From an uncultured Haloferula sp. (GTDB lineage: Bacteria; Verrucomicrobiota; Verrucomicrobiia; Verrucomicrobiales; Akkermansiaceae): a stretch of 64,000 nt of DNA. A model generated the notes under the pieces. That model was given only the letters and a program-made list of their open reading frames with translations. It had not been told where the DNA came from and searched no databases. Position 1 is the first letter of the stretch. Each line of letters begins with the position of its first letter. Of the stretch, positions 37,468-48,115 are shown in pieces. Made by a program: the position numbers and the translations under genes. The DNA lies in assembly GCA_965652295.1 (NCBI GenBank), contig CBFGTS010000001.1, positions 448,001 to 512,000 of the forward strand, read 5' to 3'.

Positions 37468-39807
37468 ATGTCCAACATCCGCACTCACATTCTCGGCTAC
37501 CCCCGCATCGGGGAGCAGCGCGAACTCAAGAAGGCCATTGAACTCTACTGGAAGGGGGAAATCCCCAAGGCAGCGCTTGAGTCGGTGGGCAGGGAGCTGC
37601 GCCGGCACCACTGGAAGAAGCAGGCCGCCGCGGGCATCGACCTCGTTCCCTGCAACGATTTCTCGTTCTACGATCAGGTGCTCGATGCGAGCTGTCTCGT
37701 CGGCAACGTTCCTTCCCGTTTCGGCTGGGAGGGTGAAGGCGTCGCTCTGGAGACGCGCTTTGCGATCGCCCGCGGAGCGCAAAACGGCAGGGCGGAGTCC
37801 GGCTGCGGCGGTGCCTGCGGTCATGCCGGCTTTGCCAGCGAGATGACCAAGTGGTTCGACACCAACTACCACTACATCGTCCCCGAGTTCGAACGCGACA
37901 CGCGGTTCAAGCTCTCGGACACCAAGGTGTTCGATGAATTCAAGGAAGCGAAGGCACTGGGGCTGAATGCCAAGCCGGTGTTGATCGGCCCTGTCACCTA
38001 TCTCACCCTCGGAAAAGTTCAGGAGGCCTCCGATTCTGGGTTTGACCGCTTCGATCTGCTGGACCGCCTGCTTCCGGTGTATGAGGAAATCATCGCCCGT
38101 CTGGCAGCCGAAGGAGCGGAATGGATCCAGCTCGACGAGCCGGTGTTGGCGCTCGATCTCGACGAGCGCCAGAAAGAGAGCTTTGCCGTCAGCTACGGAC
38201 GCCTTGCCCGGGCCGCGGGTTCCGCGAAGCTGCTGGTGGCGACCTACTTCGGTGAGTTGCGCGACAACCTTCCGCTCTTCCTCGGTTTGCCGGTCGCGGC
38301 CTTGCACTATGATGCCGTCCGCGGAGCAGCGGAGGTGGACGTCCTTCTGGAAGCGTTCCCCGCCGACAAGATCCTTTCGCTGGGCGTGGTCGATGGTCGC
38401 AACATCTGGAAGAACGATTTCGACGCCTCGCTCGCCGTGCTGAAGAAAGCAAAAGCGAAGCTCGGTCCGGATCGACTATGGGTTTCCGCGTCGAGTTCGC
38501 TGCTCCACTCGCCGGTCACGCTCGCGAGCGAGAAGGGGCTGGATGGCGAACTGGCGGACTGGCTCGCCTTCGCCGATGAGAAGCTCGTGGAGATCGTCAC
38601 CCTCGCGGGACTGCTTGCCGGGGGAGGGGATCCCGCTGCTCTCGCCGCAAATCGGGAGAGTCACCAGCGCCGCCGCGAAAGCGCCCGCACCCACGATCCG
38701 GCGGTGAAGGCCCGGCTGGCTGCCATCACGCCTGCGGACAGCCGGCGGGGCTCGCCGTTTCCTCAGCGTCAGGTCCTCCAACGCGAGAAGCTGGACCTCC
38801 CTCTTTACCCGACCACCACGATCGGTTCCTTTCCCCAGACCCGCGAGGTCCGTGCCGCGCGGGCGAAGTGGAAAAAGGGGGTGCTCAACGACGCCGAATA
38901 CGAGGTTTTTCTCAAGGAGGAAACCCGCAAATGCGTCGCGTGGCAGAATGAGATCGGCATCGACATGCCCGTCCACGGTGAATTCGAGCGCAACGACATG
39001 GTGGAGTACTTCGGCGAGCAGCTCCACGGCATCGCCTTCACCGCCCATGGATGGGTCCAGAGTTATGGCAGCCGCTGCGTGAAGCCTCCGATTATTTTCG
39101 GGGATGTGAGCCGCCCGCGGCCGATGACCACCTACTGGGCCGGGTTCGCCCAATCGCTGACCGAGCGCCCGATGAAGGGCATGGTCACCGGTCCGATCAC
39201 CATCCTCCAGTGGTCCTTCGTGCGCAACGACCAGCCGCGTGAAACCACGGCGCGCCAGATCGCGTTGGCGATCCGTGACGAGGTGGTCGACCTCGAGAAG
39301 TCAGGCATCGCCGCCATTCAGATCGACGAGCCGGCTCTTCGCGAAGGGTTGCCCCTGCGCAGCGGCGATTGGGGCACTTATCTCGCTTGGGCTGTGGAAT
39401 CCTTCCGTCTCAGTGCCAGTGGCGTGAAAGATGATACACAAATCCACACCCATATGTGCTATTCGGAGTTCAATGACATCATTGGAGCGATCGCCGACAT
39501 GGATGCCGATGTGATCACCATCGAAACCTCGCGTTCGAACATGGAGCTGCTCGATGCTTTTGTGGAGTTCGAGTATCCCAACGAGATCGGACCCGGAGTC
39601 TATGACATCCACTCACCGCGGATTCCGACCGTCGGGCAGATGGAGCGTCTGCTGCAGAAAGCCCGCGAGGTGATTCCCGAGGGCAGCTTGTGGGTGAACC
39701 CCGATTGCGGTTTGAAGACCCGAGGTTGGGAGGAGGTGAAGCCCGCCCTCCTCAACATGGTGGAGGCCGCCCGCAGGCTCCGCGCCGCCGCGGTGACCAC
39801 CGTCTGA
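37468..39807 (+). CDS. metE: Cobalamin-independent methionine synthase
   Basis: [67 protein letters not shown]. Confidence 0.98.
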   Translation: MSNIRTHILGYPRIGEQRELKKAIELYWKGEIPKAALESVGRELRRHHWKKQAAAGIDLVPCNDFSFYDQVLDASCLVGNVPSRFGWEGEGVALETRFAIARGAQNGRAESGCGGACGHAGFASEMTKWFDTNYHYIVPEFERDTRFKLSDTKVFDEFKEAKALGLNAKPVLIGPVTYLTLGKVQEASDSGFDRFDLLDRLLPVYEEIIARLAAEGAEWIQLDEPVLALDLDERQKESFAVSYGRLARAAGSAKLLVATYFGELRDNLPLFLGLPVAALHYDAVRGAAEVDVLLEAFPADKILSLGVVDGRNIWKNDFDASLAVLKKAKAKLGPDRLWVSASSSLLHSPVTLASEKGLDGELADWLAFADEKLVEIVTLAGLLAGGGDPAALAANRESHQRRRESARTHDPAVKARLAAITPADSRRGSPFPQRQVLQREKLDLPLYPTTTIGSFPQTREVRAARAKWKKGVLNDAEYEVFLKEETRKCVAWQNEIGIDMPVHGEFERNDMVEYFGEQLHGIAFTAHGWVQSYGSRCVKPPIIFGDVSRPRPMTTYWAGFAQSLTERPMKGMVTGPITILQWSFVRNDQPRETTARQIALAIRDEVVDLEKSGIAAIQIDEPALREGLPLRSGDWGTYLAWAVESFRLSASGVKDDTQIHTHMCYSEFNDIIGAIADMDADVITIETSRSNMELLDAFVEFEYPNEIGPGVYDIHSPRIPTVGQMERLLQKAREVIPEGSLWVNPDCGLKTRGWEEVKPALLNMVEAARRLRAAAVTTV

Positions 39808-39819
39808 CCCCACCAAGGC

Positions 39820-40716
39820 ATGCATATCCGTGAGATTCTTTCAGGCGGGGGGGCGAAGTTCTCTTTCGAATATTTTCCTCCGAAATCCGAGGAAGCGGCG
39901 GACGAGCTGCTGGAGACGATGGCGGAACTGCAACGGTGGTCTCCCGCCTTTGTCAGCGTCACCTATGGAGCGGGCGGGACCACCCGTAAGGCGACCCAGG
40001 GATGGGTCCTGCGTTTGTTGCGGGAGACGCGGCCCGATCCGGTACCGCACCTGACCTGCGTCGGCCACACGGAGAGGGAAATCAGCGGACTTTTGGAAAG
40101 CTATGCCGAGGCCGGAGTCTCGAACATTCTCGCGCTGCGGGGAGACCCGCCGAAGAACAGGGCCGATCTTGCGGCGGGTGATTTTTCCCATGCCTCGGAC
40201 CTGGTAGCCTTCATCCGGCGGTTCTCCGAACGCCATGGCCACGACTTCGGGATTGGTGTTGCCGGCTTTCCGGAAGGCCATCCGGCCACGCCGAACCGGA
40301 TGCGGGAAATGGATTTTTTGAAGGCTAAGGTCGATGCCGGAGCCGACTACGTCTGCACGCAGCTGTTTTTCGACAACGCCGACTTTTTCGATTTCCGCGA
40401 CCGTTGCGAGTTGGCCGGCGTCCGTGTGCCGATCCTGGCGGGCATCATGCCGGTGACCAGCCAGGGAGGTCTGGGCCGCATCTCCGAGTTGGCGGCGGGC
40501 GCGCGTATTCCGGCCAAGTTGCTCCGGGCCCTGGCCCGGGCCAACGGCGATGACAGCGCCGTCCGGCGCATAGGCGTTCATTATGCGGCGACGCAATGCG
40601 CCGACCTGCTGGATCATGAGGTGAGGGGCATCCACTTCTATACCCTCAACCGCTCCGCGCCTACGGTGGAGATTCTCCAGCACCTCGGTCTGCGGAGTTC
40701 ATCGGTAGCCGTCTGA
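39820..40716 (+). CDS. metF: 5,10-methylenetetrahydrofolate reductase
   Basis: SFEYFPPK, SVTYGAGG, HLTC, LALRGDPP, FPEGHP, KVDAGA, TQLFFD, HFYTLN. Confidence 0.95.
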   Translation: MHIREILSGGGAKFSFEYFPPKSEEAADELLETMAELQRWSPAFVSVTYGAGGTTRKATQGWVLRLLRETRPDPVPHLTCVGHTEREISGLLESYAEAGVSNILALRGDPPKNRADLAAGDFSHASDLVAFIRRFSERHGHDFGIGVAGFPEGHPATPNRMREMDFLKAKVDAGADYVCTQLFFDNADFFDFRDRCELAGVRVPILAGIMPVTSQGGLGRISELAAGARIPAKLLRALARANGDDSAVRRIGVHYAATQCADLLDHEVRGIHFYTLNRSAPTVEILQHLGLRSSSVAV

Positions 40717-41102
40717 GCGGTAGGAGCTTTTTCATCGCTGCCGGAATTCTGGCGGTTCCTCCATCTGCTTTGCCCCCGTGGGGGCTGCTGGGGAATTCCG
40801 ACGGGGCTCGCAACGTTGGTCCATTGAGGAAGGGCGGATCTTCGAGCTGGCTCGGGTGACGGGTCGGCCGGTCGGACTGGCGGTCGGTCCGTGGGGAGAA
40901 ACCAGGTCGTTCTGACATCGTCGTTAAGATCGGACGCCCGGCGGCTATCCTAAGAACCAGTGCCAAATCCGTGAAACCGGAGAGAGCCGCGGCGGTCCCT
41001 CTGAGGCCGCGGTGTCTTGCGCCACGACCACGCCGTCTCAACGGCTCCGGCCAACGGAAGAAGGAACCATCCCCCAGACCTGAAAATAAAAAAACAGCTA
41101 AT

Positions 41103-41912
41103 ATGAAACCAAGGAAAGATCGTTCATCATCCCTCAAGCCCATCGTGGCCTCAGCTGCCGTTTTGGCCGGCCTCGCGCTGCCTGCCCAGGCGGTCGTGGT
41201 CTCGGTTTCGGGCACGAATGCGACCAACGACGCGGCGATCACCGCCTTCATCAACGCCAATTTCACGAATGTCACTTCGGTCACCTACGGCGATTACTCG
41301 AATCCCGCGAACATCCCCGTCGGCACCGAGGTTCTGATCATCGGGCGCTCGTTGAGTAGCACCTCATATGCGAATGCCACCAATTCCGCGACCTTCAATG
41401 CGCTGACCATTCCGATCGTATCCTTTACCAGCTACGTGACCCGCCCGGATGGTGGTCGCTGGGGTTGGGAAAGTGGAGGCGTCGTGGGTGAGTTCAACGA
41501 AGTGGGCAGCGAGACGACCGTCACGGCATCGGGTGCCTCCATTTTGGGCATCAATGCAGGCGCACAGGACCTCTGGACGGCCTCTGGTAGTGAGTTCGCC
41601 TTGGGTGGTGGTACGGTCGGCACCGGCACCATCCTGGCCTCGATCGCAACCAACAGTAGTGGAACCGGTATTCTCGCCGCAGGCTGGACGGCAGGCCAGA
41701 CGACCGCGGGCGGTGCCACTCTCGGTGGCAATCGACTGCTGTTCAATGCGTTCCAATCGGGCTCGGCCACGATCCTGCCCGACACTGCGGACGGCCAGAC
41801 GGCATTGGCGAACGCCATCGCGCATTATACTCCGCTGAATGTTCCAGAGCCTTCCGTGGCTCTTCTCGGCGGGCTGGGCCTGCTCGGTGTGTTGCGTCGC
41901 CAGCGCGCCTGA
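41103..41912 (+). CDS. PEP-CTERM sorting domain protein
   Basis: Signal peptide; C-terminal VPEPSVALLGGLGLLGVLRRQRA. Confidence 0.92.
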   Translation: MKPRKDRSSSLKPIVASAAVLAGLALPAQAVVVSVSGTNATNDAAITAFINANFTNVTSVTYGDYSNPANIPVGTEVLIIGRSLSSTSYANATNSATFNALTIPIVSFTSYVTRPDGGRWGWESGGVVGEFNEVGSETTVTASGASILGINAGAQDLWTASGSEFALGGGTVGTGTILASIATNSSGTGILAAGWTAGQTTAGGATLGGNRLLFNAFQSGSATILPDTADGQTALANAIAHYTPLNVPEPSVALLGGLGLLGVLRRQRA

Positions 41913-42050
41913 TTCCCGCAAAACAAGTGCCTGTAAGGCTCGTCCATGGCCGCCGCGGAGTTGGGAACACCCGCGGCGGCATCTGATGGTCGATGAGCCT
42001 CCCCGGTCACAGCCTTACCAATTTCCGATTCTTCCAACCCAAAGCTCATC

Positions 42051-44564
42051 ATGAAAAAGCCCACCTTGTTTTCTTCCTGGGTCCGCCTCGGAGGAGCCGC
42101 CCTTTCCTTTGCCGGGCTGGCCCTTCCTGCGCAAGCGCTGGACATTCTGGTTTCCGGAACCAACCAGGCCAATGATCAACCGATCATCGATTTTTTCCTC
42201 AATAATTTCGAGGACGTCACGGTCACCTACGCGAACTATAGTGACTATCCGGCCAACGCCGCGGTGATTGAAGCGGCGGATATCTTCGTCGTGGGTCGGA
42301 GCTTGAACAGCACCCACTACTCCAATGCCGCGAACTCCGCGTCGTTCAACGCTCTCACCATTCCGGTGGTGTGCTTCACCAGCTATGTGGCGCGTCCTGA
42401 CGTCAACCGCTGGGGGTGGCACAGCGGGGCGATTTCGACAACTGGGGCCTCGGTGGCGGGAAGTGAGACGACGGTGACCGCGGAGGGTGCTGCCGCCTTC
42501 GGTGTTGCCGCCGGCGCCGTCGATTGGTTTTCAATGCCCGCAGGCGATAATTTCTATGCGCTCGGCACCGGTTCGGTGGGGGAGGGGGTGATCCTTGCGA
42601 CGATGGCGGGTAACATTCTTGCCGCTCACTGGGATGCAGGCGAGCAGTCGGGAACCGGAACCGTTTTCGGCGGCACGCGCCTGCTGTTCAATCTGCCGCA
42701 AAACGGAGCAGCCACGGTCATGCCCGATGTGACTGGTTTGCAGGCGCTCGCCGAGGCTCTGACCACTTTTACGGACCTCGTGGCGCTTCCGGATGACAGT
42801 GACAACGACGGGCTGCCGGACATCTTCGAAAATCAAATCATCAATTTCTCCGAGTTCGATGATGTGACCGATCTCTCTCTCGTCGCCGGGCCCAACGATG
42901 CTCCGACGACCACCGATTTTGACTTCGATGGTCTGAGTGACGCCGACGAATATGCTCATGGCACGGATCCCACCAATCCCGACAGCGACGCGGATGGCCT
43001 GTGGGACGGTCCGGAAGTGGCGGGAACCGATAACTCCGATAATTCTCACGGCTTTGGTGCCACCGATCCGAACGATCCCGACAGCGACGACGATGGTTTG
43101 GATGACTTTCCTGAAATCGATGGCTCGGACAATGATTTCGTGCTGCACGGCTTCGGTGCAACCAATCCCAACTCGCCGTTCAGCGATGGCGACAGCTTGC
43201 CCGACGGCTGGGAGGTGCAGTATGGCTTCAACCCGAACAGCGACGCAGGCGGGGACGGGGATTCGGCCGATCCGGACAGCGATGGTCTGGACAATGCCGG
43301 GGAGTACGCCAACGGCACCGATCCCACCAATCCGGACAGCGATGGCGACGCCGTGAGAGATGGTCCGGAGGTGGCGGGAACCGACAACAACGGCACCGAC
43401 TTTGGTTTCGGTCCGACCAATCCCACTGCGGCCGATAGCGACGGTGACGGCTTCAGCGATTGGTTCGAGCTGCGTGCTGGAAGCAATCCCAACGACGTTT
43501 CCGCGCTGCCAGCTGGAACCGCCGTGCCGTTCGTGAACGGAAGCTTTGAAGCGCCATCGGTGGCGGTCTCATCGGTGGGAATTCCGGTTTCGGGTGGCAA
43601 CGTTCCGGGGTGGAGCACCGCCGTGAACGATTTTTACGTGATCGATACGGACCCGGCGCAGACGGCCGCCAGCGCGAGCGAGGGTCTGCAATTTGCCAGT
43701 GCCAGTCGACTGGCACCTGATCCGGACGTCGATCCAGCCACCTTCGATGGCGGGGAGGGTGCGACGATGAGCATGCGCCAGGATATCGACGTTTCCTCCC
43801 TATCGACGGACATCGACGCAGGTGATCGCAGCCTGTTGATGATGTTCGAGTGGAACGACAATGATGCAGGTGACGAGGGGGTGGTGACGCTGAACTTCCT
43901 GGATGGCTCCAATGCCGACCTTGGAAAGCAGACGGCGTTCCGGACCGGCGGCGTGGGAGGCCAACACACGTGGCACACCGCCACCTTGGCCGGCTATCCG
44001 CCGGTCGGCACGCGGACGGTCCGGGTGACTGTTGACGCCGTGCGGCTCGCTGCGGGGACCGTTCGCAACATCGCGTTCGATAATTTCCGGGCGCAGATGT
44101 TCCACTTGGACGCCGACTCCGACGACATGGCGGACGACTGGGAACTGGCCCACGGCCTGAATCCGGATGACCCCTCTGACGCGGGAACGAGCGCGGACGG
44201 CGATACGCTGACGAATCTTCAGGAGTTCCAGTACGGGACGGATCCGAACGTGGAGGATACCGATGGCGACGGGATCAACGATGACGAGGAGGTGACGAAT
44301 GGAACCGATCCGCTCGATCCGGCAGACCCTGCGACCGAAGCCCCGAGGGTGGTCTCGGCAGTGTTCGTCGATGGCGAATTTCAGGTCACCTTCGAGGGAC
44401 TGAGTACTGCGACGACTTACACCCTTCAGCGAGGCACCGACCTTCAAACCTTCCCCGATGCAGTGGACACCCACACACCGGCTACCGAGACGGACACGTT
44501 CGTCGATCCGGCACCGCCCACTGGGCCGAATGCCCGGGCTTTCTACCTCCTGGACGAGCCGTAA
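42051..44564 (+). CDS. Secreted protein: paralog of the upstream PEP-CTERM domain + Asp-rich Ca-binding repeats + beta-sandwich domain
   Basis: Signal peptide; shared FNALTIP.V.FTSYV.RPD..RWGW; many TDP.NPDSD.DG.xD repeats; NGSFE...AFDN domain. Confidence 0.8.
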   Translation: MKKPTLFSSWVRLGGAALSFAGLALPAQALDILVSGTNQANDQPIIDFFLNNFEDVTVTYANYSDYPANAAVIEAADIFVVGRSLNSTHYSNAANSASFNALTIPVVCFTSYVARPDVNRWGWHSGAISTTGASVAGSETTVTAEGAAAFGVAAGAVDWFSMPAGDNFYALGTGSVGEGVILATMAGNILAAHWDAGEQSGTGTVFGGTRLLFNLPQNGAATVMPDVTGLQALAEALTTFTDLVALPDDSDNDGLPDIFENQIINFSEFDDVTDLSLVAGPNDAPTTTDFDFDGLSDADEYAHGTDPTNPDSDADGLWDGPEVAGTDNSDNSHGFGATDPNDPDSDDDGLDDFPEIDGSDNDFVLHGFGATNPNSPFSDGDSLPDGWEVQYGFNPNSDAGGDGDSADPDSDGLDNAGEYANGTDPTNPDSDGDAVRDGPEVAGTDNNGTDFGFGPTNPTAADSDGDGFSDWFELRAGSNPNDVSALPAGTAVPFVNGSFEAPSVAVSSVGIPVSGGNVPGWSTAVNDFYVIDTDPAQTAASASEGLQFASASRLAPDPDVDPATFDGGEGATMSMRQDIDVSSLSTDIDAGDRSLLMMFEWNDNDAGDEGVVTLNFLDGSNADLGKQTAFRTGGVGGQHTWHTATLAGYPPVGTRTVRVTVDAVRLAAGTVRNIAFDNFRAQMFHLDADSDDMADDWELAHGLNPDDPSDAGTSADGDTLTNLQEFQYGTDPNVEDTDGDGINDDEEVTNGTDPLDPADPATEAPRVVSAVFVDGEFQVTFEGLSTATTYTLQRGTDLQTFPDAVDTHTPATETDTFVDPAPPTGPNARAFYLLDEP

Positions 44565-44613
44565 GCCCGCGTGATGATTCCGGGCGGGGAGAGGGGTCTC
44601 TTCGCCCGTTGCT

Positions 44614-44656
44614 GGCCGCGTTCCGTGGTTAATGGGTTTTTCCACGGAACGCGGCC
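44614..44656. terminator. 15-bp perfect stem between convergent genes (possible bidirectional terminator)
   Basis: GGCCGCGTTCCGTGG / CCACGGAACGCGGCC with a 13-nt loop; no long U tract. Confidence 0.5.
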
Positions 44657-44679
44657 TTATCTCTCTCGGGGAGTGGTCT

Positions 44680-45858
44680 TCAGGGGTTGGCGCGCAGCCC
44701 AAGAAGCAGGCCCCGCAGCTCGGCGAGGCCTTTCATGCGGCCAATGCACGGATAGCCGGGAGTGATGCCTTCGGGCTTCCCGAGATCATCCATGATGACC
44801 AGCCCATGGTCGGGGCGGAAGGGCACCGGCTCGTCGGACGAACGCGCCGAAATGAAGGCACGCAAGACGGCGACCATGTCGCTCGATCCCGCGAGGTGGC
44901 TCGCCTCGTGAAAGGAACCGTCCGCTTCGAGCCGGGTGTTGCGGAGGTGCATGGCATGGATGCGGTCGGCGAAACGGCCGGCCATGGCGGGAAGGTCGTT
45001 GTCGGCGCGGGCACCGAAGGAACCCGTGCAGAAGCAGAGCCCGTTGGCGGGGCTGTCGGCCATCGCAAGGATGGCGGCGGCATCGTCTCCGGTGGAAACG
45101 ATCCGGGGCAGGCCGAGAATGGAAAAGGGGGGATCGTCCGGGTGGATCGCCAACTTCATCCCAAGGCGCTCGGCGGTGGGAATGATCGCCTCAAGGAAAC
45201 GAGCGAGGTTTCCGCGGAGTTCGGGTGCTCCGATCCCGTGGTAGCGGGCCAGCATGGCGCGGATGTCATTGAGCGAGAGGTTCCACTTCACACCGGGGAA
45301 GACATCGATGATCGAGCGGATGAAACGCGCGCGTGCGTCATCGTCGAGACCGCCCCACCACGCCGCGGCTTTTTCGCGGACCTCGGATGGATGATCCTGT
45401 TCCGCCCCGTTGCGCTGGAGGGCGTGGAGGTCGAAGGCGGCAAAATGGACGGGGTCGTAGCGCATCGATCGCGAGCCGTCGGGGAGTTCCCAGCTCATGT
45501 CGGTGCGGACCCAGTCGAGGACCGGCATGAAGTTGTAGACGACGGTGCGGATTCCCTCGGCGGCGAGGTTTTCGAGACTGACGAGGTAGTGGTCGAAGAG
45601 TTGCTTGAGGTCGCCGCGCCCGGTCTTGATGTCCTCGTGGACCGGGACGGACTCGACGACCTTCCAACTCAGGCCCGCCTGCTCCAGGATTTCGCGGCGT
45701 TCGCGGATCGCTTCGCGGGGCCATGCTTCGCCGTAGGGGATGTCATGGAGGGAGGTGAAGATCGCACTGGCTCCGGCCTGGCGGATGAATGCGAGCGGCA
45801 CGGAATCATCCGGCCCGAACCAGCGGAAACCTTCGTCGAATGAGGGAGGCGGTGACAT
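44680..45858 (-). CDS. uxuA: Mannonate dehydratase
   Basis: RWFGPDD, VVESVPVHEDIK, YNFMPVLDWVRT, AIHPDDPP, GLPRIVS, CTGS, HLRN, RPDHG, PGY..IGR.KGLAELRG. Confidence 0.95.
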   Translation of the reverse strand: MSPPPSFDEGFRWFGPDDSVPLAFIRQAGASAIFTSLHDIPYGEAWPREAIRERREILEQAGLSWKVVESVPVHEDIKTGRGDLKQLFDHYLVSLENLAAEGIRTVVYNFMPVLDWVRTDMSWELPDGSRSMRYDPVHFAAFDLHALQRNGAEQDHPSEVREKAAAWWGGLDDDARARFIRSIIDVFPGVKWNLSLNDIRAMLARYHGIGAPELRGNLARFLEAIIPTAERLGMKLAIHPDDPPFSILGLPRIVSTGDDAAAILAMADSPANGLCFCTGSFGARADNDLPAMAGRFADRIHAMHLRNTRLEADGSFHEASHLAGSSDMVAVLRAFISARSSDEPVPFRPDHGLVIMDDLGKPEGITPGYPCIGRMKGLAELRGLLLGLRANP

Positions 45859-45870
45859 GGCAGGAAGGGG

Positions 45871-46695
45871 TCAGACGCCGGAGAAGGCGACGAATCCGCC
45901 GTCCACGGTGAGGACGGTGCCGGTGACGAAGGAGGCGGCGTCGGACAGCAGGTAATGAACCGCGCCGTGGAGTTCCCCGGCTTCGCCGAAACGACCGAAG
46001 GGGGTGCGGTCGATGATGGTGGCGCCACGCTCGGTGAGAGAACCATCGTCATTGAGCAGCAACTTCCGGTTTTGTTCGGCGAGAAAGAAGCCCGGCATGA
46101 GGGCGTTCACCCTGACCTTGTGGCCGTTCTTTCCCGCCATGTGGACGGCCAGCCAGCGGGTGAAATTCTCGACCCCGGCCTTGGCGGCGGAGTAGCCGAC
46201 CACGCGGGTGACGGCCAGCGGCGCGGAGACGGACGAGTAGTTGATGATCGAGCCCGCGCCGCCCTCGCCCATCGCTGAGCTGAACACAAGGGAGGGGAGG
46301 ACCGTGCCATGGAGGTTGAGATCCACCACCTGCCGGTAGCTGTCGAAGTCGAGTTCATCGAAGGCCTTGTCCGGCATCACGTTGGCGCCGGGCATGTTGC
46401 CGCCCGCGCCGTTGAGCAAGCCATCGATCCGGCCCCATTTCGCGATCACCTGATCGCGCGCCGCCTCCAGCGAACCGCGGTCGAGGACGTCCGCCACCAC
46501 ACCGAGACACTCGGCGGAGGGATGAAGCGACCGACACTGCTGGCAAGCCTCATCCACTTTCCCGCGGCTACGCCCGACGAAGGCGATTCGGGCACCTTGG
46601 CTGGCGAGATAGCGCGCGGCCGAGCCGGCCAGCACGCCTGTGGCACCGGTCACGATGATGACCCGGTCTTGGAGATCGAAGAGATGAGTGGGCAT
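45871..46695 (-). CDS. SDR oxidoreductase, probable D-mannonate (fructuronate) oxidoreductase
   Basis: TGATGVL, NGAGGN.PGA, YSAAKA, NFTRWLA, PGFF...QNR, TP.GRFG, VDGGF.AFSGV; adjacent to uxuA. Confidence 0.88.
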   Translation of the reverse strand: MPTHLFDLQDRVIIVTGATGVLAGSAARYLASQGARIAFVGRSRGKVDEACQQCRSLHPSAECLGVVADVLDRGSLEAARDQVIAKWGRIDGLLNGAGGNMPGANVMPDKAFDELDFDSYRQVVDLNLHGTVLPSLVFSSAMGEGGAGSIINYSSVSAPLAVTRVVGYSAAKAGVENFTRWLAVHMAGKNGHKVRVNALMPGFFLAEQNRKLLLNDDGSLTERGATIIDRTPFGRFGEAGELHGAVHYLLSDAASFVTGTVLTVDGGFVAFSGV

Positions 46696-46836
46696 GGTGA
46701 TGAGGAAAGGCGGACATCGGGATGAGGTGTCCCGCCCCAAAACCTAACGATCCGGATGGTGGAGACAATCCATGGAGTGCGCAGCCATCGTTCGTTTTTG
46801 CGAAGCGCCTCCGCGACCTCGGGAGGGCGGGGCTCG

Positions 46837-48027
46837 TCATGCTTTCGGTGCGAGGGGGGCGTCGGCGACGCGGTAGTGGCTCGGCGGCTGTCCCACCCGG
46901 GCTTGGAATGCTGCCACAAACGAAGGATAGCTGCTGAATCCGCATTCGGTGGCAATCTGGCGGAGGTTCTGTTTGATGGGACGGCGGAGGATCTTCTTGG
47001 CCTGATCGATCCGTGCCTCCGTGAGGTACTGATGGGGCGATTTTCCCATGCATGCCTTGAAGCGTACTTCGAGGGTCCGTTTGGAGACGCCCGTGTGCCG
47101 CGCGACGGCTTCGATCTTGGGGCTGTCTTTGAGGTTGCGGAGCATGAAGGCGACCGCCAGCTGGATGAGTTCATCCGGATGGTGGAAAAGGTCGGTGCTC
47201 TGGCGCTCGGTGATCCCTTCGGGGGGCACGAGAATCTCGGACGTGCTGACATCCTCGCCATGCACCATCCGATCGATCAGCGCCGCGGCCTCCCAGCCGA
47301 TGCCGCCGGAGTCCCGGCATACGCTGGTGAGGGTGGGATTGCTGTGTTCGCAGACGAGGGCGTCGTCATCCATGCCGATGACCGCGATGTCTTTCGGCAC
47401 GCGCAGGCTCAGGTGGGCGCAGGCTTCCATGACGAGTTCGGCGCGGTAGTCGTGGACGGCGAAAATGGCACAGGGCGTGGGGAGGGATTTCAGCCAATCT
47501 CCGAGTCCCTTCAGGTCATCCACCAATCGCGGGTGGCGTTTGCCCTCCGGATCGTCGAGTCGGACGTGGACCTTGAAGCCTTCCTCACGGATTCTCGAAG
47601 AGAAGCCGGCCTGCCGCTCCTTCGAGTAGTGGACCGTTTCCCAACCCACGTAGCCGAAATGCCGGAATCCACGCTCAAGCAGGTATTCGGCGGCGAGCCG
47701 GCCGGAAAGCCGGTTGTCGACTCCGACGCGGGGGATGCCATGAAGCCGGGCCTCCCAGGTCGAAAGGTTGACCACGGGAAAACCGAGTTGATGGGCCATT
47801 TCCCGATCGGCTTTGCTCCGGATCGCGGCGATCGCTCCGTCGCCCGTCCAGCCGATGAGGGAGCTCAGTGTCCGTGGTCGCTCACCGGAGGTCGCCAGAG
47901 AAGGCGGGCAGGTCAGGAGTTGCCAACCGCCGAATTGCAGGCCGTAGCGCCGCACCCCATCCACCACCTGCGCCATCCATGGCAAGGAGGTGGGAGAGAC
48001 GAAGGCGATCTTGAGAGGCCGGTGCAT
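46837..48027 (-). CDS. XylR-type regulator (LacI-like sensor + AraC HTH)
   Basis: VDN...G..AAEYL..RGFRHF, VP.DIAVIG.D, ERQSTD, SKRTLE.RF, IATECGF. Confidence 0.88.
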   Translation of the reverse strand: MHRPLKIAFVSPTSLPWMAQVVDGVRRYGLQFGGWQLLTCPPSLATSGERPRTLSSLIGWTGDGAIAAIRSKADREMAHQLGFPVVNLSTWEARLHGIPRVGVDNRLSGRLAAEYLLERGFRHFGYVGWETVHYSKERQAGFSSRIREEGFKVHVRLDDPEGKRHPRLVDDLKGLGDWLKSLPTPCAIFAVHDYRAELVMEACAHLSLRVPKDIAVIGMDDDALVCEHSNPTLTSVCRDSGGIGWEAAALIDRMVHGEDVSTSEILVPPEGITERQSTDLFHHPDELIQLAVAFMLRNLKDSPKIEAVARHTGVSKRTLEVRFKACMGKSPHQYLTEARIDQAKKILRRPIKQNLRQIATECGFSSYPSFVAAFQARVGQPPSHYRVADAPLAPKA

Positions 48028-48115
48028 GAAGGACACGTTGGCTCATCCTGCCCGACCTGGCCATCTTGGAACGTGAATCCCCGGCGCGGCGAGCCTCTCC
48101 CGGGCGTCCATCGGT

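Noticed and set aside
42800..43500. Repetitive DNA that could suggest a CRISPR array
   Set aside because: These are degenerate coding repeats for DxDxDG motifs; there is no constant repeat-spacer period and no cas gene. No CRISPR array was seen in the window.
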